DNA from: a virus
Taxonomy: Duplodnaviria > Caudoviricetes
Direction: 5' to 3' (one strand)
Virus record (IMG/VR): IMGVR_UViG_3300037067_016777
Coordinates: 32,001-96,000 of that record
DNA length: 64,000 nt
This document shows, piece after piece, positions 57,482 to 64,000 of this stretch. Positions within the stretch are counted from its first letter, which is position 1; each line of letters starts with the position of its first letter. The translations under genes were made by a program, and so were the position numbers. The notes under the pieces were generated by a model. That model had not been told where the DNA came from. It worked only from the letters and a program-made list of their open reading frames with translations, and searched no databases.

Positions 57482-57820
57482 CTACCACCCATACCAATAG
57501 GTAGGCTGTGGGTAGACGTAATAAGACGAGGGACAGGAATAGATTGGTGGACAGACATAAACCGGTTGTGGACAGCTATAAACCGGAATAGTAGAGTAAA
57601 CAATCGGCTCGTCGACCCAGTATATCTGTCGAACGGTCCTGGTTCGCTCTTCCCAATACGGTGCCGGTTGAACAGCATGGAGGCAGCCGTGATCACACCG
57701 CTCCCAGGTTGTGGCAGGATAGACCTTGATTTGATATTTCTCCTCAACCAATCGTTCATGCCAACCGGCGTTTGCTACGTTGGCGGTAAACAATAACAGA
57801 CACACCACTAACCATCTCAT
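57482..57820 (-). CDS. secreted Pro/Tyr/Cys-rich protein
   Basis: signal peptide MRWLVVCLLLFTANVANA; CAGGAG RBS; PVYSCP repeats. Confidence 0.65.
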   Translation of the reverse strand: MRWLVVCLLLFTANVANAGWHERLVEEKYQIKVYPATTWERCDHGCLHAVQPAPYWEERTRTVRQIYWVDEPIVYSTIPVYSCPQPVYVCPPIYSCPSSYYVYPQPTYWYGW

Positions 57821-58071
57821 GATAGTCTCCTGGAAAGAGCATATACTTGAAGAACGTACCAAAAATAGGTCATAGCCTGACGGCAATAGACGTTTAACTG
57901 AAGACGTTGTGTAGCTCGGCGTAATTATGCACCGCCTCCTCGGAAGTAGTTATGCAGCAATTCGTATTTCTTCAATCTTTGCTATAATATAGATAGTCTC
58001 ATAAAATTATCTTTGGTGAGATAAATTATAAAACCTGAAGCATAAGTATATCAGTTACGTATTTTGATTAT

Positions 58072-59208
58072 ATGGAACCTTTAACTCTACAGCTACGGCC
58101 CAAGATATTCGATGACGTTATCGGACAATCGCATCTCATTGCTTCTGGAGCGGCGTTTAGAAAATCAATCGAATCTAATAAATTCGGTAATTTTATCCTT
58201 TATGGCGTACCGGGTTGCGGCAAAACAAGCATAGTTAATGTTGTCGAACAACAACATAAAATCCATAAATTCAATGCTACTACTTTCACAGTAAAAGAAT
58301 TACGTAAAGCTCTCGATGTTACGGAAGATGTAATTGTCTTTATCGATGATTGCTATAGATTGACGTCAACACAAAGTGATGTACTATTACCATATTTAGA
58401 AACCAGCAGGGTGCGCTTCATTGGTGCTTCGGCGGACAATCCTTTCTTGACGTTGAGGTCGTCTTTACTTTCGCGATGCCAGATATACACTCTGGAACCT
58501 CTTACGGAAATCGACATCGCAAGAGTGATTGTGAAAGGGGTTAAACACCTAAAAGCAATTGATGAATTCACTAGCATCGACAAGGACGCAATACTTTATA
58601 TATCGCGAATCGCCTGTGGTGACGCTAGGAAAGCGTTATCTATTTTAGAGACTGTTTATAATTACAACTGCAAGATAAATCTTGAAAACGTCAAGAAGAT
58701 CGCACCATCAAAATATTATAGACGATCGGAAGACGACAAATACGACTATGCCAGTTGGTTCCAAGGTGCTGTACAAGCTTCTGATCCAGACGCAGCAATT
58801 TACGCAATGGCGGCTTGGTTAGAAAGTGGTGAAGATCCGAGATATGTTGCACGCAGGCTCTTGGTTAGTGCGGCCGAAGATGCATACTCTAATCCGATTT
58901 GTACAGCCGTAGCGCACGCGGCATATATATCGGCGTGTGAAATAGGTCGTCCTGAGTGTGATTTAATCATGGCTCAAGCTGTTTGTTTGATAGCAACAAG
59001 CAAACGCGATAAAACTTCACATGATGCAGTTCGTGCTGCTGTTGAGGACGTGCGGCATGGTGTGCATCTTGAAGTGCCGAAAACGATGAAGGACAGCCAC
59101 TATCGCGGGGTTGCTATTCTTGGTAATGGGCAATATCATGATGGTGCAGATCAAAGTTCATACGCTGGCGTTCGCAAAAAATATTTTAAGCCGGAGAATT
59201 GGCAATGA
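58072..59208 (+). CDS. rarA: replication-associated recombination protein A (RarA/MgsA)
   Basis: PL...LRP...IGQ.HL, GVPGCGKT, NPF...LLSRC, GDARKAL, SDPDAAIY, GEDPRYVARRL. Confidence 0.92.
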   Translation: MEPLTLQLRPKIFDDVIGQSHLIASGAAFRKSIESNKFGNFILYGVPGCGKTSIVNVVEQQHKIHKFNATTFTVKELRKALDVTEDVIVFIDDCYRLTSTQSDVLLPYLETSRVRFIGASADNPFLTLRSSLLSRCQIYTLEPLTEIDIARVIVKGVKHLKAIDEFTSIDKDAILYISRIACGDARKALSILETVYNYNCKINLENVKKIAPSKYYRRSEDDKYDYASWFQGAVQASDPDAAIYAMAAWLESGEDPRYVARRLLVSAAEDAYSNPICTAVAHAAYISACEIGRPECDLIMAQAVCLIATSKRDKTSHDAVRAAVEDVRHGVHLEVPKTMKDSHYRGVAILGNGQYHDGADQSSYAGVRKKYFKPENWQ

Positions 59209-60112
59209 TTGATTTCGTCCACTTATTAGAACGCTTAAGGTCTTGGTCCAACGCAAAGCATGCATGCACACAATGCAGTATGCTTGAACCAGCTTGCGAA
59301 TGTCGTAGTGGGCACGAAGAGGGACAGAATTGGGCACCTACTGAAGAATCGCGATTTATCGATGAAGCAATTTCTGCAATGGAAATGTTACTAAATTTCG
59401 CAGAAAGAGCATGTCCTAAATGCGATGGCTGCGGCAAGCTTTTATTGCGGGGCGGTATTACTGAAGCTGACGGTATCACGAAAAAGCCAGCACGTGTTGT
59501 ATGCGTCAAATGCAAAGATCCGAACTTTGTACCAGAACCATCTAGTGCTTCTCTGTCATTAGAACACTGGACTTTGACTGATGGTGATGCCGAGACAGTT
59601 TTGAAGGCGTTGGCAGACGGATTAGCTACAGCAAGAATAGAGATAAAACAACTCAAACCGTTTTCATGATCGGTAGCAAAACAGAGGAACTTCCTGAAGA
59701 TTTACGGTCGTTCGCACGACATTTTCAATCCGGATGCGAATGCAAGTGCGATCTATCTGTTGGATATGTTTGCGAATCGTGCGTATTACATGGATTGATG
59801 TTTGACGCAGCAAGGGAAATCGAAAAATTGAGAGGTATAACTGCCGAAAAAAGAAAGACTGATAGAGAGCGAGTGGCTACTCTGCCGATTGCTTATCGCA
59901 CTAGTGTGACGTATGTTGGTCGAAATATTTACACCATTGATGGCGTGAAAGGTTTGTATTGGCTATACAAAAGGCTACAAGACAAAGATCTACCAAAAGT
60001 ATCAGCCAGACGTAAAAGTACGCGTGGATGTAGTTGGGCTGAATCAGTTTTTGTACGAGTAAAAGAATTAGAGGAATTGCTAAAACCAGTAATCTGTCAA
60101 TTGGAAACTTGA
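59199..60112 (+). CDS. two Cys-rich hypothetical genes (59199-59669, 59666-60112)
   Basis: coupled ORFs. Confidence 0.55.
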
Positions 60113-60115
60113 ACT

Positions 60116-60424
60116 ATGAGTGAAGCCATTAGACATACACCGAAATTAGCCGAGCGACAGCACGATGGTATTTCATATTACATTTTTTGGTGTCCTGGCT
60201 GCAAGTGTGGGCATTCTTATTGTGTTGGTGGTCCTACTTCTTGGGAATTCAATGGCGATGTAGAAGAACCAACATTCAAACCATCACTGTTGAATTATAA
60301 TGAAATTTCCAGATGCCACCTTTTTATAATAGATGGCAAGATTAGTTACTGTGGCGATTGTTCCCATGAACTGGCTGGAACTACGATAGATATGGCTCCT
60401 ATTCCAGTTGGCTATGGAATATAA
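60116..60424 (+). CDS. DUF6527-like Cys/His protein
   Basis: FWCPGC..GH...WEFNGD...PTF.PSLL...CH.FI.DG.I.YC.DCSH.LAG. Confidence 0.65.
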   Translation: MSEAIRHTPKLAERQHDGISYYIFWCPGCKCGHSYCVGGPTSWEFNGDVEEPTFKPSLLNYNEISRCHLFIIDGKISYCGDCSHELAGTTIDMAPIPVGYGI

Positions 60425-61227
60425 GATCTTCTACACTGTGAGCAGCTAGCACACAACCCAAGTTCCGATTGCTGCGATTCAATATGATAATTTCTGACAG
60501 CATTGTATTCTATGCTATTCCAAACTTCTTCGATTGTCTGCTGATAAACGTTACCAAGGCAATGCTCGCCATGGACGTCCGCATGGCATTGGGCGACTCT
60601 GCCATCTACTAGTATCGTAAATGTTCGCCATAGACGATTGCATTTTATGAATTTACCAGCAGTTTTATTTCCATGCTGCCCACCCCAGTTGTGTTTTGGC
60701 CCAAGCGCAAATTCAACAGGGAAGTGTATCAGTGAGGTGGCGCTGTGGTTGGTGCAGCACGTCACATAAATGCGTGTCTTTGATTTCAAAGAATCACGCG
60801 TTTTTATTAATCCTTTGATATTCTTTTCCACCTCTGACCATTTAAGAGGCTGCCTTATTTCTTCAAATTGTTCTGGCGTCGAGCCGTCTACGCTTATCTT
60901 GATTTCATCTATTCCACTATCTAATAGCCTTTGTGCTCTATCTGAAGTGAGCAGGGATCCATTAGTGAAAATCTTAGTGTAAACTCGGCATTTCTGCTTT
61001 GCTAGCCTAATTCTGTCTTCTAGATTGGCGTCAAGCAGAGGTTCGCCAAAATTGTGTAAGTGTATCTCTGACAATTTGTTCCGAGAACATTCGGCAATTA
61101 TCTTATCAAAGAGGTCATCAGGCATGATACGCACAGGGCGTAGCATACTATTATGCGGACACATAATACAATGAGCATTACATGCGTTGGTTGTCTCAAT
61201 TCGTACGACTGGCGGAAATGTAGCCAT
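60412..61227 (-). CDS. radical SAM / SPASM(twitch) protein
   Basis: CNAHCIMC, GEPLL, TNGSLL, C-terminal C...C...CxxC. Confidence 0.9.
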   Translation of the reverse strand: MATFPPVVRIETTNACNAHCIMCPHNSMLRPVRIMPDDLFDKIIAECSRNKLSEIHLHNFGEPLLDANLEDRIRLAKQKCRVYTKIFTNGSLLTSDRAQRLLDSGIDEIKISVDGSTPEQFEEIRQPLKWSEVEKNIKGLIKTRDSLKSKTRIYVTCCTNHSATSLIHFPVEFALGPKHNWGGQHGNKTAGKFIKCNRLWRTFTILVDGRVAQCHADVHGEHCLGNVYQQTIEEVWNSIEYNAVRNYHIESQQSELGLCASCSQCRRSYIP

Positions 61228-61315
61228 ATACTTTTATGGTTTCTATGTTTAATTACTGCCAAAGAATGTCGGAAGATTGCGAGGTGAAATATAAAAAGGA
61301 AAAGGAGACATCATT

Positions 61316-61552
61316 ATGTTAAAGATTTTGATTGCGGCGTATCTTGGCGGCTGGTTTTCATCAGCATGTCCTTTCTATGCGACAACGAAAGCGGCGAATC
61401 CGAACCAGCCGATTAGGAATGCTTTTAAAGCATTTGGATTGTCGGCCGCTTGGATTATCTCGATTATACCTATAATGATAACATTCATCAAGGATCTGGT
61501 CGAGAGATTCAAACCGAAGGCGACCACAGCAGCCACAACAACACAAACCTAG
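61316..61552 (+). CDS. small membrane protein
   Basis: AAGGAG RBS; two hydrophobic segments. Confidence 0.6.
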   Translation: MLKILIAAYLGGWFSSACPFYATTKAANPNQPIRNAFKAFGLSAAWIISIIPIMITFIKDLVERFKPKATTAATTTQT

Positions 61553-61677
61553 GTGTGACTACATTTCTTGCGAAAAAACTTGTGGCTGATTGCGATAATC
61601 GTTTATGTCGCGTTGCTGTGACTATGTGGTCCTACCTCCATAACACTGGCGCAGAGCGACTGATCGTCGGTGGTATC

Positions 61678-61887
61678 TTATGGCCGATTAGATTGATTAA
61701 ATTGCTGCTTGGCGGGGGATAATTCCAGCCGCAGCCGATCGATCTCAGCGAGAGCCATCTTAAATGCCTCTAAGATTTCCGTTTCCACCATTAATTGAAT
61801 AAACTCTTGGAAAGGTTGCCTCTCATTATCTATTTCGACTAGTCGGCACCGCCACATCCGCTCGAATTCTGGCGTCCATTCTATCAC
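61678..61887 (-). CDS. hypothetical protein
   Basis: GTGA coupling to the FHA gene. Confidence 0.5.
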   Translation of the reverse strand: MIEWTPEFERMWRCRLVEIDNERQPFQEFIQLMVETEILEAFKMALAEIDRLRLELSPAKQQFNQSNRP

Positions 61888-62177
61888 GGCGATACTCCAA
61901 TCAATGCCGTAAAACTATTATCACCTATTGTTATCTTATCTCCGTGTTGCAATGGTGTATTCTTATTGATGCGCTGCCCATTGATGATTGTTCCAACCTG
62001 TGTACCCAAGTCCCATATCATGAATCCGCCAATATCTCTATCGATCATGCATTGATAGTGACCGATAGATGAATCATCTAGACTAACAATATCACCATTG
62101 GTACCACGACCAATAATTACTGGGAATTGATGTAGTTTGATAGACTTAACTGGTGATAATAATGATAATTCTAACAT
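61884..62177 (-). CDS. FHA-domain protein
   Basis: VIIGRG...DLG..VGTIING...LQHGDKITIG; Ser/His/Asn phospho-binding residues degenerate. Confidence 0.8.
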   Translation of the reverse strand: MLELSLLSPVKSIKLHQFPVIIGRGTNGDIVSLDDSSIGHYQCMIDRDIGGFMIWDLGTQVGTIINGQRINKNTPLQHGDKITIGDNSFTALIGVSP

Positions 62178-62497
62178 ATAACCTATTAAATACATTCTAA
62201 GTATTTAATAGCAACATGATTATTCTCACAAGCATAGATGAAATTATGACCTGTTATCTGAACGGTTTCAGGCTTAGTGAAGAAGCTCAACAGTTAGCTC
62301 AACAGTTAGCTGCAGGCCACGATTCATCTGCAATCTCAAATACATTTTCTGGCAATCAACCCTGGCTAGCTTGGATTATCTAGAGCCTCATTTAATGCTG
62401 TTTTGAAGTCTTTTCTGACGCTTTCCCAATTACATCATTTGGTGCGACGAGATTGTCTCGTTGCGGAGCAAAGATATATAGTAATAGGAGTATGTAT

Positions 62498-63238
62498 ATG
62501 TTGATGACAAGAACACAGCAATCTGGTCGGTACAATCCAAAAATCAGCTTCAATCGCGGCCTCACAGCGCAGACCGGATTTATGCCAGAAGGCACTCAGC
62601 TTCTACAAGACGTTTGGCCACTAAAGATTGTTGATACGAAACAGGTCATCGGCGAGGGTGCCCTTGGCGGCGTCCCTTTGACGCGTGTTACTGGTATCTT
62701 TCAAATCGCAGACGATCTAAATGCTAATGGTCGAATCTATCCGCGACCGGTTGTACGCGAGGCTGTTGAAGCTATTCAAGAAGATCTCAGCAATAGGAGT
62801 GTGTGGGGAGAATTCGACCATCCGGCTGACGCTAAAATACATTTGGAGCGTATCAGCCATCTTCTGACCAAGATATGGATGGAAGGTAAGAATGTCTATG
62901 GTGAAGCGGAAATCATTGATGAGCTTCCGTTTGGCCAGCAATTGAAAACTCTAATTAAGCGTGGCCGTATTGGTATCTCCTCCCGTGGCATTGGAGATAT
63001 GGACGTAAGGGACCAAGGTGGGCAGGAGATATATACTGTCACAGAAGGGTACCGTTTTGTCACTTGGGACGCGGTGGCTGAGCCCAGTGTAACTGGCGCA
63101 ATTTTACATATTTGTGAAGGCAAATTAAAGCCGCTGAATCGCTCGGTCAAACGAGAGATTCCAAAAGGTGTGTTTACAACCGAAGCCTATCAAAAGCGGC
63201 TGGCTAAAGAGATTTCTGAATATCTGCGAAAGAAGTAA
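62498..63238 (+). CDS. prohead core protease (T4 gp21-like)
   Basis: N.NGRIYP, GEFDHP, ISH, IGISSRGIG, WDAVAEPS. Confidence 0.92.
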   Translation: MLMTRTQQSGRYNPKISFNRGLTAQTGFMPEGTQLLQDVWPLKIVDTKQVIGEGALGGVPLTRVTGIFQIADDLNANGRIYPRPVVREAVEAIQEDLSNRSVWGEFDHPADAKIHLERISHLLTKIWMEGKNVYGEAEIIDELPFGQQLKTLIKRGRIGISSRGIGDMDVRDQGGQEIYTVTEGYRFVTWDAVAEPSVTGAILHICEGKLKPLNRSVKREIPKGVFTTEAYQKRLAKEISEYLRKK

Positions 63239-64000
63239 ATCGCACGAAACATAGCTTTTCGCCGCCATATTTCTTCACATAGCCCTTCGCTTCTGCAAAT
63301 TCATTTTCCGTCATTTTGAGATTTCTCGCCCTTCCGTATAACGTTCTTTTATGCATTACATAGCCTTGTGCGTCTACGTACCAATAATCTGCTGGAACGG
63401 TGTGATGTAATTGGAAATTACTAGCTTTATAAATTCCACCATTATGCCCGACTGTAGTGTCGGCGTACGCAACGACTAATTTGCACTCTATTTGTTTGAG
63501 TGCTCGCTTTATAAACCAACTAGCGAAATTCTTTTTATGATAAGATGGATGAATACACAGCCTGGATAATTCCCTAACTTCTCCGTCGAGCAATCCGAAT
63601 TGTCCTGCCGTGTTCTGTCTTAAAGGCGGACTGAAAACAATAGCGGCTACTAATAAATCATCATCAAAAACTCCAAAAGCCTTACCACCACGGTCTTTAC
63701 CAAGGTAGTGATAAAGGTCCAGAAAAGTTTTTGTTTCTGCACTGTTGATTTCTCGTATAACTAAATCCGAAAATTTAAATTCTTTTGTTTCTATACCAAT
63801 TCCCAGTTTTAATTTAAGCCTATCTAATACTCTGTCCTTACAGTAAAATTCGTGTTCCCAGACATACATTATTTCATGTTCTGGAAAATATTTAGAAATA
63901 TATGTAAACTTACCTCTGTCTCTCCTTTCCATGTCTTCTAGTGCATGCCAGTAATCGCCTTGACATTCAATTAATAGCCTCTTGTTATCATTAATGATCA
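63204..64000 (-). CDS. Vsr/DUF559-like nuclease domain fused to a Mom-like GNAT DNA-modification domain (start lies beyond the window)
   Basis: frame open to the window edge: LLIECQGDYWH...RD..K...VWEHE; then YHYL, ELSRLC, ASWFI, AYADTTVGHNGGIYKASNF. Confidence 0.75.
   Translation of the reverse strand, partial: IINDNKRLLIECQGDYWHALEDMERRDRGKFTYISKYFPEHEIMYVWEHEFYCKDRVLDRLKLKLGIGIETKEFKFSDLVIREINSAETKTFLDLYHYLGKDRGGKAFGVFDDDLLVAAIVFSPPLRQNTAGQFGLLDGEVRELSRLCIHPSYHKKNFASWFIKRALKQIECKLVVAYADTTVGHNGGIYKASNFQLHHTVPADYWYVDAQGYVMHKRTLYGRARNLKMTENEFAEAKGYVKKYGGEKLCFVRFTSFADIQKSL

Noticed and set aside
62283-62311. 12-bp tandem repeat AGCTCAACAGTT
   Set aside because: Only about 2.3 copies, in frame within a small ORF (AQQL repeats); no evidence of a separate function

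Overview
The window looks like part of a large (jumbo-type) dsDNA bacteriophage genome. It has dense small ORFs, a T4 gp21-like prohead protease, an NAD-dependent DNA ligase, RarA, a Thg1-like enzyme, two adenine methyltransferases, a Mom-like enzyme, and three tRNAs, one interrupted by a group I intron. About 30 copies of one sigma70-type promoter (GTTAAY..17 bp spacer ending TCGTGC..TATRAY) organise it. Twelve of these drive a leftward, GC-richer array of small early-gene cassettes (about 6.6-18.7 kb), which also carries a TTTCC-N5-GGAAA palindrome and shared hairpin leaders. The most unusual elements are: (1) a five-gene Ycf46-like AAA / DUF3150-like / DUF1257 / DUF2997 module whose ATPase has Walker B placed before Walker A; (2) a sigma70-like core flanked by ten HTH repeats; (3) three tandem paralogues built from 13 copies of a ~69-aa repeat with a shared MKLxLLxE N-terminus; (4) a J-domain pseudokinase / vWA / PurA-like operon; and (5) a highly structured ~240-nt intergenic RNA candidate. 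Several genes hint at a Planctomycetota host (inference). All calls come from reading motifs by eye; no database searches were run.
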